Of a stretch of DNA of 64,000 nucleotides, positions 22,634 to 33,800 are shown in pieces; position 1 is the first letter of the stretch, and the number at the start of each line of letters is the position of its first letter. The notes below the pieces were generated by a model. That model worked only from the letters and a program-made list of their open reading frames with translations, was not told where the DNA came from and ran no database searches. Source of the stretch: Podarcis melisellensis (taxonomy: Eukaryota); NCBI GenBank assembly GCA_964234715.1, contig OZ174288.1, one strand, 5' to 3'. Made by a program: the position numbers and the translations under genes.

Positions 22634-25600
22634 TCAGCTCTCAGCATTGGAAACCGTGGAGTTAAGGATGCGGGATTTGAAGTCAGATCTGGAAGCCTTT
22701 GAAAGTTCTTGCTGTGAAAAGATAAATTCTATGTGATGTAACTGAGCAAGCTGGATCAAAGAGCAGTGGACACCCTCTTGTGAGTGTGGAAGTCCCAGCC
22801 CAGGGCAGAAGGGAAGGGAAGGTGTACCAACACTACACAACCCAAGGAAACCTTCCCACTGACACCAAGCTCCGTGCAGGTATATTGCAGGCAAACACAT
22901 GCAAGGGGAATAAAGAGGTGCTTAACCCCTTTCCAAATGTCCCCCTCCCAGTGTCCAGGTACACTCTTTCCCTCCCCACTTCTCTATGCTTGTTCATGCC
23001 CCTCCCCAAAGCTGCTTTCCATTCCAGAAAACGCATACATGGGGCTAGGACTTTATTACATAGGCTCACATGCAACCTGAGTTTATCCATAAAGTGCCAC
23101 CGCAAGCCAGGTGTGGGGTCAGGTGCCGTCCATGTTTGAGACCAACCAAGCAGAGTAGAGTGAACGGCTGGCTTGTTGCATTAGGAGGTTGGCTCAGCTA
23201 GGGAGGGGGTGCTCTTGGGAAGGAAAATGTGAAATGATTACCGTTGTACTGCATGCTTCATTACAGTTCAAGGGTAGCTCACAGCATCCTGGGTGGCCTG
23301 TGGCTCCCCAAGGGAATGAGTGGGGCAGGCAAGGGCAGTTGGCAGCCCAGTTGCTGAGAGTGGTGGCTGTCAGGTTAGAGGCGTTGAGAGAAGAGGGAAA
23401 TTACCGCAAACTCTGAATAGGTGCTGGCAACAGAGTTAATGCTGCAGGTGCTCTGGGCAGGGGCTGCAGGGGTGCACCCACCGCTCAGAACTGTTCTGTT
23501 GAGCTGAGCGACGTTCTCCTTGTTGTGTTCCATGGGTCCTGGGCGAGGGGACTTAGGGGCCATGCGGCTGGGAGTCCGGACAGGCTGCGGAGGCAGAGGG
23601 GAGCAGCACTGGAGGTTAGAGCTTTTGACAACAAGCTTCCGGGAGCTCTGCAGAGAAGCAACACAGAAAAGGTTACTGAGCAACCAGGAACCAGTAAGCC
23701 ACAGGGGTGGCTGGGGGACAACACAGAACAACATTCTATGAGGGCACTGCATTCTTCTGACTGGGCATAAAAGTGGCAACAGAACTTTTGCTGAAGTGTT
23801 AGGAAGATGGCCTCTTTTCTACTTGCAGTACCCGCTGCTTAAGAGGATGGTTGGGAGGAATAAATGTATGTTGCCTAAATAATGTTTTACAAAGCTAGTA
23901 ATAAACATTAACACTTTTTAAAAAGTAAGTTTTCTTGCACTTCAGTAAACCATGAGGTTGCCCCCAGCCCTTGCTGATAATTTCCCTGTTGGGTCCATGC
24001 GTAACTATAAAAAAGATTTGCACCCAGGACTGAATGTTGGAAACAGAAAGAATTTAGATACCAGCAGCTGCTGCTTACTTTTCCTCCAGAGAGTGCTGGG
24101 TGGGGTGTTGGGGAGTGGAACAGAGAGCCCCCAAATGCTGAACGGATGGTGCTGTTCGGGGTAGCTGTGGTGTTAAGCTGCAAGAAAAAACCATGAGTTA
24201 ACACAAGTGCGTTCTCCCTAACTCCAGGTGGCAAAAGCACTCTTTTTCCACCCCAAGCACCTAGCAATAAAACATCTCTTCACAGTGGAGCTGCAGCACT
24301 TTTTTTTTTTTAATACCCTCTCCAACCCTATCAAATATTGGAAGGGTGTGTGGATGCATATTAAGAGCAAGCAGAACTGTGCATAACGCTCTGGATGTGG
24401 CTGTACCATAGAATTTTATTTTTTTTTAATAAAAGAAAATATTGTGCAAAAGGTCAGGTTATAGCTATGCTATTTATTATTACATCATCTCCTGAGGAGT
24501 ATACCTTGCTAGACTATCAATCAGTAAACATACTGTAGTTCTGCAGAAATTTATTAGGTTTGCCTCCTTTCCTCTTGTGTGAGCTTTGTGATTCACAAAT
24601 CTTTGCTTTTTATCTCAGCTATTCCTGGAATTTCCGGGTTCTTGTAGCCACTGTGAGGGATTCTCAATTCACTTTGGCTCCTTAGGCATTTTTTCCTTGG
24701 TCAATGAAAATCATTTGGTTTTATTGTACTAATGCTTACATTTCCAGCATTTATATTTCATTGCTAATTTGTACACCACTTTTCTACATTACTGTACAAT
24801 CGAAATGCTCAACAAAAGCCACACTGCCATCCCATAACTATTTCAAGAATAACTAAAAAAAACCACCAAAATTCATAATTCATTGCAAATGTCGTACTAG
24901 GGAAAAAACAAACAAACAAACAAACAAAGTGCCCCTTCTGCATGAAGCATCACATGGCAACACGGACCTTCCGCACTTTGCTGGGTGTGATGAAGCCCAA
25001 GCCCCGTCTCTTGTTGGGGGTCCGCGGGGTGCTGCCATACATCATCTCCTCCTCAATCTGGCGAGACTTCTTGAGTTGCTGGAAGAAAAAGGAATTGGGG
25101 TGGTTGGTATCCACAGAAGCCCCAGAAGGGGATGGTGAGCGAGTTAGATTAGCCACAAAAAGGGAAGGCAGCAAGAAGTCCTTCATGTCAGGCTACAAGA
25201 CTGGTGTGACTGAAGTCCTCTGCAGACATCTTCTCTTCAGCCTACCTACCCACTGCCAGAGGGGTACTGATGACGCCTGCTCAGGTTGCCCAAGATAGCC
25301 CAGCAGCTAATTTTAAGCTTCAAATTACTGGGTGGTTCTCACAGCAGCATGTGTCAGCTTTGGGGCCATTGCTCCAAAGTATATCCCCCTCTCCCCTGTA
25401 CTTCAGACACACAAAGCAAGGCCTCAAACACCCAGTGCAGATGGTTCAGCTCATTCCCATCCTTTGGAGACCTTGGCCAAGGTGATCTCAGTCACCAGCC
25501 AGAGAAGAGAAAAAGGAGTCCATTTTTCAGACTAAAGCAAGGACAAAGGGGTCCTTGTTAAGTGATGCGGAAATGGAAGCTGCTTGAGGGCTCTTAGCTG

Positions 25601-28600
25601 GTTCACTCACTCGCTCCTGCTTTTCCTTCTCCTTCTCCATGTGGTGGAGCTGCCATTGCTCTGCCACATACTCCATGAAGCGCTGCCCATTCACCAGGAA
25701 GGCCTGCTCCTGCTCCTGCTCCCAGAGCTCCACACGCCCCTTTAGCTCCTCCTCCAGCTGCAACGAGAGACAACTGGCTTCAGCTAAGCTACACAACCAG
25801 GGTGCAAAGCAAACAGCAGGCTGGTTGGGCCTTCTGCCTCAGTCCCTCCCAAGGACAGAAAGGGCCACATGCCTTTGGAAGAGTCTTCTGAAGTTTCGCT
25901 CGCAGCTTCTCCTCTTTCAGAAGGTTACCCCCTCGGTTGGTGAAGCGGCTGGGGTCCGTCGCCTTCCTCTGAAAAGGGAGAAGTTGGGAAATGGGCTGGC
26001 CTCTTGTGCTTGGGAAGCCACCCTAGGCTGGCCCTCAGTGGCTCTTCCCGCCTGGGCCAGCACCAGACATCTGACCACCTGTGTGGCTTCTGGCTGTACC
26101 TCAAGCTCCTGGAAGAGGCGCCAGTTCTTCTCCCACTTGTGGATGGATTCAAACAACTCTTGATGCCTTTCGTAGCACTGCTTTAACCGGGAAACTTCCT
26201 CTTCATGCTGCTGCAGCAGCTCTTCAGTGAAGTCATCTGGGAAGGAGGGGGGGAAAACAGGATACCCAGTAGGAAGAGGCCACAGCCAATCAATCAATCA
26301 ATCTATACTCAGCAGCAACAGCTGGGGAGGGGTCTACTTGCTCACCTTCATAGTAGGGGTAGAAGGCTCGCCTCTGCTCCTCCCCATAAAAACACTTGTC
26401 CCAGTAGTCTGCCAGCTCAGCCCGGGTGGCCTCCACCACATTTCTGATGTTCTGAAACTTCAGCTCTTGCAAGCGATCCACTTCCAGTTTCAGCTAGACG
26501 GGGAAGAGCAAAGGGTCAACACACACCTTGATGGCACTGACCCCCTCTCCCCTCCTGTGTGCACCACAGCACATGAGGGGGGCTCTCTCATGGTGCAATG
26601 GGATTCGGAGCAGGCAGAGGAAGGTTTGAAACATCTCCCCTTTGATCCTGAGCGCAACTGCCCAACAAGAAGCACCCCTTCTCCCTGTTGGCTTGGCACA
26701 GGAACCACTGCTGCTGGTCCGAGGCCTCGGGCCTTTAGTATTCCTTACAGCATCCATGATGGCGGCTTTGGCTCCCACCATGTAGGGGGCAAAGGCTTCC
26801 CTTTCCTCCGCAGGCACCTGCAGCCGCTCCCACAGCACCCGAATCCTGGAACGCAGCTCTTGGCACAAGGCTTCCTTCTGAGCTCTCCTGCTCTCGAGCT
26901 AGGGACAGAAAGGCCAGTCTGAGCCAAACTAAAGCAGCAGAAGAGATGGGATGTCACAGGCAAGGCCCCCCAGATCCTTCTCCCAGACCCCACCCTCTGA
27001 CCTGCTGCAAGAGATCCTTCAGGGCGGCAATGTTGTCCTCCGAGAGACAGAAGGCGTCCTCCTCCTCACACACGACATCTCGCTCAAAGCTGGTGTCTGG
27101 GGTGTGCTCCAGCTCCTCCATGCACAGGATGATCTGCCTCTTGGTGTCAAGGAACTCCTTCTGCCGGCGCTCCTGGAGGAGCAGGACAAAGCAGGACATT
27201 ACCCATTTAGCCCCAGCCTCAGCCTCCCCACCTTTGCTCACGCACACACAAAGTGTGCCCACCTTTTCAGTTGCTAGTCCTGCCAAGTGGCGCCGGAAGT
27301 GGTCCAGCTCCGCCAGGCTGGGCACAGCCTCACTGTCAATGTCATAGGGAGCTGTGCAAAGCAGGTCGCACATCTCCCGGTCTCGCTCCTGCAGCACCTT
27401 CAGCTCCTGCTTCCTCTCCCGCTTTTGCTTCAGCATTACTTCCACACGGGTGCGCAGGTCCTTCTCTAGCTGCAGGATGGTGGTTTCCTCGTCCTCCTGT
27501 GAGAAAAACAGTTCCCCTGAGCTCAGCAGGACCACCCTCTAAGAGATGGCGTCTGAGCCACATTCGCCAGCCCACAGCCTCACCTCAAAAGGAGCCAATT
27601 GCAGCTCCTTGCAGAGGATCACCAATTCCTTGCGACACACTGCAATGCTCTTCAGGAGACGCTCTTTGAGGTTCTCCTCCTCCGCAATCATCATGTCCAG
27701 CAAGCCCTGGTGGCACAAGAGCAAGCAGCATTGAACCCAGAGCAAGCAAGGACACTACAGCAGCTACAGAGCCCAGTCAGTTTAATCTAGGAAACCCCCT
27801 CCCCTGGTGCTTGCAGCTCCATATCAGTAGAGCATGTCAGAGGCCCCCGCTGATCATTCCCAAGAAAGCCCTGCACATGTTGGCTTGTTTTTCGTGATGA
27901 TCATGCACAAGTCCTTCACCAAAAAGAAACTGTTAGGACAGGGGCCAAAAATAAAATTGCCTATATTGCAACATCTTCATACAAATGTGGTACAGCTGAA
28001 CTTGGACTGTGAGGTTGTTTTGGTTCCTGCATCTTAGAAAAACTGTAGAGAAAAGGGCAACCAAAATGATCAAGGTGCTGAAGCAACTCCCTTGTGAGGA
28101 AAGATTACAGCATTTTGCTCCCAAGCTGACCAAGTGTTTTTCTGCAAGGAGGAAGGAGGTGAAAAAACCTTCCCATTGTCTCAGGAATTATGTAATTACC
28201 ATCTCAAAGGAATGGCCAGACTACCAGGAAAGGCAATCAGATAAGGCATTATCAGATACAGTGGTGCCCCGCAAGACGAACGCCTCGCAAGACGAAAAAC
28301 CCGCTAGACGAAAGGGTTTTCTGTTTTGGAGGTGCTTCGCTAAACAAATTTCTCTATGGGGTTGCTTCGCAAGACGAAAAAATCTTGCGAGTTCCCGAGG
28401 GTTTTTTCCCCACTTTTTTTCCTGCTTTTCCTAAGCTGCTAAGCCTCTTAACAGCTGATCCGCTGATAAGCCGCTTCTCAGCTGATTGCTAAAAGCCGCT
28501 AGACCGCTAATAGCGCTAATCCGCTAAGCTGTCAATGGGCTTGCTTCGCAAGACGAAAAAACCAAAACCGCTAGACGAAGAGAATCGCGGAACGGATTCT

Positions 28601-30521
28601 TTTCGTCTTGCGAGGCACCACTGTAAACTGGCAGAACAGCATTCAAATCTCTGTTGTAGACCACCTTTTCTGTGATGTAGGTATGATGTATGGAGGGATA
28701 GTTTTGAGCTCCAGGGCAGGGAATTTCAAAATGACTATATAAGGCCTTGCGCACCATTGTTTGAGGTCCTCCTCCTCTCTCCTGCTTGTGAGGGGAGCAC
28801 CCTGCTGCAACAGCTTTAATAAAGATCAGGCTTACTAGCTGCTTTGCTTCTCAATATTCTCTGGTTGGCCTCTTATTTTCTCCTACCAATGGAGAACCTA
28901 CAAAGGACTCTATAAGGGCTCTTGTGTACCCCATAAGGGAATAAGGGCAGATTTTGTTTACAATATAGTAGTAGGAAATTACACATGGTGTGGAGAAAGC
29001 AGACAGTGATAACCAAACAGGTCATCCAATGAAGCTGAATGTAGGGAGATTCAAGACAAAGAGAAGGAAAATTGTTCATGCAGCACAGTTAAATTGCGGA
29101 ATTCGCTCCCACAGGAGGCAGTGAGGCTACTATAGGATGAGAAGGGCCACAGTTCTGGTAGAACACCTGCTTTACATTCAGGTGTTCAATCCTTGGTATC
29201 TCCAGGTAGGGCTGGGAAACCGGAAACCTTGAAGAGTTGTTGCCAGTGAATAATGCTGAGCTAGATGGACCAAAGTACTAAGGCACTTTCCTGTGTTCTG
29301 CTGCATGGCAAGATGGGCTTTTGGTCTAATCCAGTCACAGGTTCATCTTACAGGTCTTGACCTTGAACCGTGAAGCCAGGTGAGCCTCGTCTATTCTCTG
29401 TTCCCCCCACCCAGACTGCTTAATGATTTTTCCACCTTCGGTAGCAATTGTAATGCTCTATTGTCAGATGCTGTATGATTTTATTCCGCGGTTTATTCTG
29501 CTCTGAGATGAAGGGTGGTATACAAACAAACAAACAGATAGATAGCAATACAACAAAATACGAAGAACACAAACTAATGAAACAAGCAATTAAATTATGG
29601 TTAAAAATCGATATGAACAGCTAAAGTCGACATGCCACAGTGACCTGAATAAAGAGCCTCTGACCAGTTTGGGAGCCCCTGCTCCAAAACAGCATTTTTC
29701 AATTTTCAATCTCCAGATATTTTTGGACCTACAGCTGCCACCAGCCTCTCTGACCACTAGCTAAGCTAACTGAGGAGAGTGGAAGTTGTAGCCCAGCAGC
29801 CTCTGGTTGAGCAGTGCAATGGGGAACAGGGATGGCGTGTCTCATTTAGTCACTTGAGGCAAAATGGAAAATGCCACCCTGCCCCGCTGCCTCCAGCTGC
29901 AGTGCCCCGCCCTGCCACTCTGGGGCTATGAGGCAGCCTCACCCTGCCTAATATCTATGCCAGCCCTGGTAGGAAAGGACCATGTCAGCTCAGTGACAGT
30001 GCACCTGCTTTTGTCTGCAGAAAGTCCAACCCCCAGGTCAGGCTCCGAGAAGACCCTGTCTGAAACCCTGGGCAGCCATTGCTGCCAATGTTGGGGGAGA
30101 TGGGCCACTGCTCTGAGTCAGCATAAGGCATCCCATGGCCTCGCCCTTGCTCAGCTGGCAGGATCTCTCGGCCCTGCTCACCTTGACGTGCTTCTTCACC
30201 ACTTCGGTGCGCTGCAGGCGCTGGTCCTCGGGGATGCCGATTTCCTCCCAGATGTCGCGCAGCTGGAACAGCGCCTGGTTCAGGCAGGCCACCGACTCGC
30301 TGGCCAAAACCTCGCTGCGAGAGAGGGAAGGTAGTCCGTCAGGGGCGGAAAAGGAACCCTCCCCATGACCGACCAGCCACCTGGGAAGAGAGCGACGCTC
30401 CGGGGCAGAGGCCGCTCCTGGCTCGCAGCGAGGCGACTGCGGAGTTACACCGGACGGGCAGCCGCCTGCGAACCAGAGAGCGCCCCCTACTTCGTCCTCC
30501 AAATGCCCACCTCTTCCTCAT
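22634..30521 (-). CDS. PRC1: Protein regulator of cytokinesis 1 (MAP65/Ase1 family), 14 coding exons, ~605 aa
   Basis: Exons (high to low) 30511-30521, 30182-30314, 27584-27706, 27263-27496, 27002-27172, 26749-26898, 26346-26493, 26100-26236, 25873-25968 (GC donor), 25611-25757, 24968-25078, 24079-24177, 23405-23584, 22634-22711, sum 1818 nt. Motifs MRKSEVLA..IGIPEDQRLQRTEVVKKH, DPSRFTNRGGNLLKEEK, YGSTPRTPNKRR, SINSVASTYSEFA, ELSKASRSD. Confidence 0.96.
24907..24928. repeat. (CAAA)n microsatellite in a PRC1 intron
   Basis: Read directly from the sequence. Confidence 0.85.
28117..28962 (+). mobile_element. Solo LTR (ERV-like), probably 5' truncated
   Basis: TATATAA at 28736-28742, AATAAA at 28818-28823 and a terminal ..TTTACA at 28962 give U3-R-U5 spacing. 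It sits inside the CR1. Confidence 0.55.
28259..28623. mobile_element. Tigger/pogo-type MITE with intact TIRs
   Basis: TA|CAGTGGTGCCCCGCAAGACGAA ... TTCGTCTTGCGAGGCACCACTG|TA, with internal cgcaagacgaa subrepeats and CpGs retained. Confidence 0.88.
29138..29300 (+). mobile_element. tRNA-derived squamate SINE (Squam3-like), degenerate
   Basis: A/B-box-like head (tggtagaacacctgcttt..gttcaatcc) followed by ctccaggtagggctggga..gagctagatggacc. Similar copies at ~38450-38590 (+), 41305-41450 (-), 46425-46545 (-) and 55510-55650 (-). Confidence 0.55.
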
Positions 30522-30659
30522 GGCCGCGGGTATCCGCCAAGGCCAGCCAGCCCACTTCTCTCCCTCTTGTTCTCTCCCTCGCTGCTGCTGCTGCCACAGC
30601 CGCTGCTTATTCGGCTCCGCGTCGCTCAACTCCGCTAGCCGTTGCGTCTCCGCCTAGAA

Positions 30660-30780
30660 TTCAAACTCTACCCCGCCGCCCCCTGATTGGCTTCCGTATA
30701 AGGCGCCGCCACGCCCCCAACTGCCAGACTGACGACACCTCCCTGGCGTTTATTCCGTCCGGGAGTTCGTTCTGCCCAAT
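30660..30780 (-). promoter_or_regulatory. PRC1 G2/M promoter: CHR element, GC-rich CDE-like sequence and CCAAT boxes
   Basis: Minus strand reads CCAATcagggGGCGGcggggtagagTTTGAA, with the CHR at 30660-30665 and CCAAT at 30686-30690. A second CCAAT lies at 30776-30780 (+). This sits ~140 bp upstream of the PRC1 ATG in a CpG island and matches the known DREAM/MuvB + NF-Y architecture of late cell-cycle genes. Confidence 0.75.
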
Positions 30781-31306
30781 GAGAGGGAAGCGCTGTTTTC
30801 ACTGTAGCCTATCGGAGGGTAGAAGGAAGGAACGTAACACTTGCCCAAGTCCGGTGCTTGGCGCGAGGCGAATCTCAATGCGTCAAGCATCTCCTCTGAC
30901 ATAGCGCTGCGGAGGAGGAGCCGGCTCTGTCCTGCGGAGCATGGATTGGAGTGGGGACCCGCCCACCGGCTTTTCCAGCCCCTGCTTTAAAAGTAGTGTG
31001 GGGGCCGGCCGGAGCGGGTCCTCCCTCTGCAAAACTGGGCCGGGGATTACCCGGAATGCGCACTGATTTTGCTGGAGGGGACGGGGACGGGTGCCACCCA
31101 CCCATCCCCTCTTCTCTGCCCAGGCCAGGGGGAGGGGAAGAAAACGGCAACGGCCAGGCGATTGCAGCCAGCACGGAGGGAGCAGTTGCCATAGCCCCGG
31201 GATCCCTTTCGTGGGCCATGGAGGCAAATGGGGCGCTTCCCCACACCCTCAGGCTACCCCCCTACCTGTCTGCCTCCTTCCTGACGACCAGAGGGTGGTT
31301 CTAGCC

Positions 31307-31442
31307 CAGGCTTCCTCAACCCCGGCCCTCCAGATGTTTTGAGACAACAATTCCCATCATCCCTGACCACTGGTCCTGCTAGCTAGGGATCATGGGAGTT
31401 GTAGGCCAAAAACATCTGCAGGGTCGAGGTTAAGGAAGCCTG
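31307..31442. mobile_element. hAT-type MITE (136 bp)
   Basis: TIR CAGGCTTCCTCAACC / GGTTAAGGAAGCCTG with an 8-bp TSD ttctagcc (31299-31306) / ttgtagcc (31443-31450). More decayed relatives lie near 29680-29800, 48160-48275 and 60865-61000. Confidence 0.85.
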
Positions 31443-33378
31443 TTGTAGCCTGTCAGTCCTAGAGTGCCAGTGTGCTTTAGTGGTTGGAGGTTAAGTCTCC
31501 GCTCAGCCATGGTCTAACCTACCTCGCAGGGTTGTTCTGAGGGTAAAATGGAGAAGCGGGTAGAAGCACACACACTGTCTTGATATCATTGGAAGAAGAA
31601 AGATGGGATAGAAATGTAATCAATAAAAGAAAAATTGGCTCTGGTTCTACCTACTTGGTCTTCCTGCCAGTCCCAGTGGGCACCAACCACCAGAGTTTTG
31701 CATTGCCCAGCATTCTTGACAAAGGCACTCTTTCCCCTTCAGGGGGTCTTGAGTGCTTGCCCACAAGGCTGCACATCTCTTCTGCCAAAGGACCAAAGTC
31801 TATGCTGTGCTGTTCCTCCCAAAAATGGTGTGACTTGCACTCCTGTTTGCTTGCACAGCGGATGGCAGGCACTACCACCATTGCCATAGGAAGGGGATGC
31901 TGGAGTGCCATTGCTGTGTATGCCAAAGAGGGAAGATAGTCCTGGGGCTGCCACCCTCCATGGGGTGTCATGACTGGCAGCTGATGCTTGGTGGGCACTG
32001 CCAGTATTGCTATCCTTTTTGTTTTTGGTGCATTTCCTTCCGAGGGTTGTGTTTGTTCCACCTGAGCCCCCCTCCCCCATGACTGTAGGATCTGGCTGCC
32101 AGCCATTCTCTCCACTCCTTGCTGTAGCTTGTGTATTGGATTACTCACCTTCCTTCCCAAGGGAAAAATATCCACACCTTGTCTGAGTAGGCAGCTTCTC
32201 CTGCAGCAAAGAAAGTCGAGAAAGCAAGCAGATAGAGGAAAGTGCTGCTGTGTGTTGCCCAGAAGCAGAAAGCGTTTTTTGACATACTGTCCTAAGGTCT
32301 CATTTGGCCAAAGGTCTGAATGGCCTATGACTCTTATCTTCCACAATACACCAGCAGACATGAGCTTTCTTTGCACCATTATGCACAGTTGTTTTGTACG
32401 GTGACAGTTTCTCTTATCCCTTCTGCCTCTTCTAAACAGTGTGTGTGTTTGGGGGGTTCCTCTTTTTCCTCCTCTTTTATTATTACCTGTCCTTCACCCT
32501 GAGGTCCCAGCATAGGTTACAGCATTAACAATATTAAAAAAACAATATAAAACAACTTACAACCATAAAATTAAGGTGCACCCTAAAAAGACACCTCAAA
32601 TGTCAAAAGCTAGGACAAAGAAGTGCATCTTCACCATTATCCAAAAGCTGTACAATGAAGGCACTGGATGCACCTCTGTAGGGAGTTCTACAGCTTAGAG
32701 ACTGTTGCAGAGAAGGCCCTCTTCTGGGCTGCCCCCCCTCCACCTTTGACAGTGGAGGAACTACCAAGAGGGCCTCCACTGCCCCCAAGACAGTCTGCAG
32801 GGAAGGAGGTGGAATTTCAGATATTTGGGAACCTCCCTTCTCTGTTGCTTTTTCACTCTTATGCTTTTATGTCTTGATCTACGGTATTTTGTTTGGAGTT
32901 TTTATTTTTATATATCCCCTAGCCACAACACTTTTACTAAAAAACAGGATATAAAACCTTAGTAATAAATGTAAATATTTGTGTAGAGCTGTCATTTTGG
33001 CAACTGCAGCTCAGTTTTCTTTTGGATCTTGCACAGACCCTGAGGCTGAAAGAAGCTCTTTTTTGTTGAGGGGAGAGGGTCTGCAATGGCTTCCTCTTCT
33101 CTCCTGTGTGCTGAGGTAGTCTCCCTGGGGGCCAGGGCCCTTCCCAGCTCCCACTTCAAAGCTGGCTTTGTGCCACTCCCCTACAGCTACAGCAGCCTGC
33201 CTTCCCTTCCCCTGCTTCTTGGTTGGCTTCACTGATCTGTTGGCAGAAGCTCCAAAGCACCTTAAACCGGGTAGCCCATGACAAAAGAAGCAGTTTCCCT
33301 GCTAGCACACTTTCCCCATATTGACACGGAGGGAGAAAGAAGAAAGAGCAGGTGCTCAGACCAGTTACCAGACACATC

Positions 33379-33384
33379 TTTATT
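33379..33384 (-). terminator. Candidate VPS33B polyadenylation signal
   Basis: tttatt ~420 bp after the stop. Confidence 0.55.
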
Positions 33385-33800
33385 GCACTGCTCGAACTGG
33401 CAGGAGTCACATTTGCAGGTGACCACCTCTCCCTGCATACTCCCAGTGCTATGGCAGGCCAGGGGGAGTCGCAGTGGAAGGGGGCAGTGGAAGGCCAAGT
33501 GTCTCCAGGGTGGGTGAAGGAAAGGCCCTCTCACTGGACAGGAGGCAGCCCAAAGTTCAAAGCAGTGGAGAGTCAAGCTCCTGAAAGAACAGCCCGTTGC
33601 CTGCCATGGGCGGGCTGAGCAAGAAGGAAGAGATGTCCAAGCCCAGATTTCTTGCTGGGTAGAGAAACAACTCGCCAGCTGCCGGCCTACAGGGGAGACT
33701 TTCCAGTGGGGAGACGTTCCAGGTAGCATTGCTGCAATATCCGAGGGCTGCTGCAGCTGCTTGAAGTATGCCCATCGCCCATGCCTTGCTGCAAAAGCTC

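Larger units (their letters stand above)
27990..29130 (+). mobile_element. CR1 fragment interrupted by later insertions
   Basis: CR1 RT-end sequence at 27990-28116 (agggcaaccaaaatgatcaagg..gaggaaagattacagcattt) resumes at ~28970-29130 (catggtgtggagaaag..catccaatgaagctgaatg..tcgctcccacaggaggcagtg). Confidence 0.6.

Noticed and set aside
21267-22634. Overlap of the convergent RCCD1 and PRC1 3' UTRs
   Set aside because: Each gene has its own candidate polyA signal, leaving a gap of about 600 bp, so no overlap is required.
31651-32379. 242-aa minus-strand ORF between PRC1 and VPS33B
   Set aside because: No family motifs or coherent splice structure, and the composition looks like random intergenic sequence.
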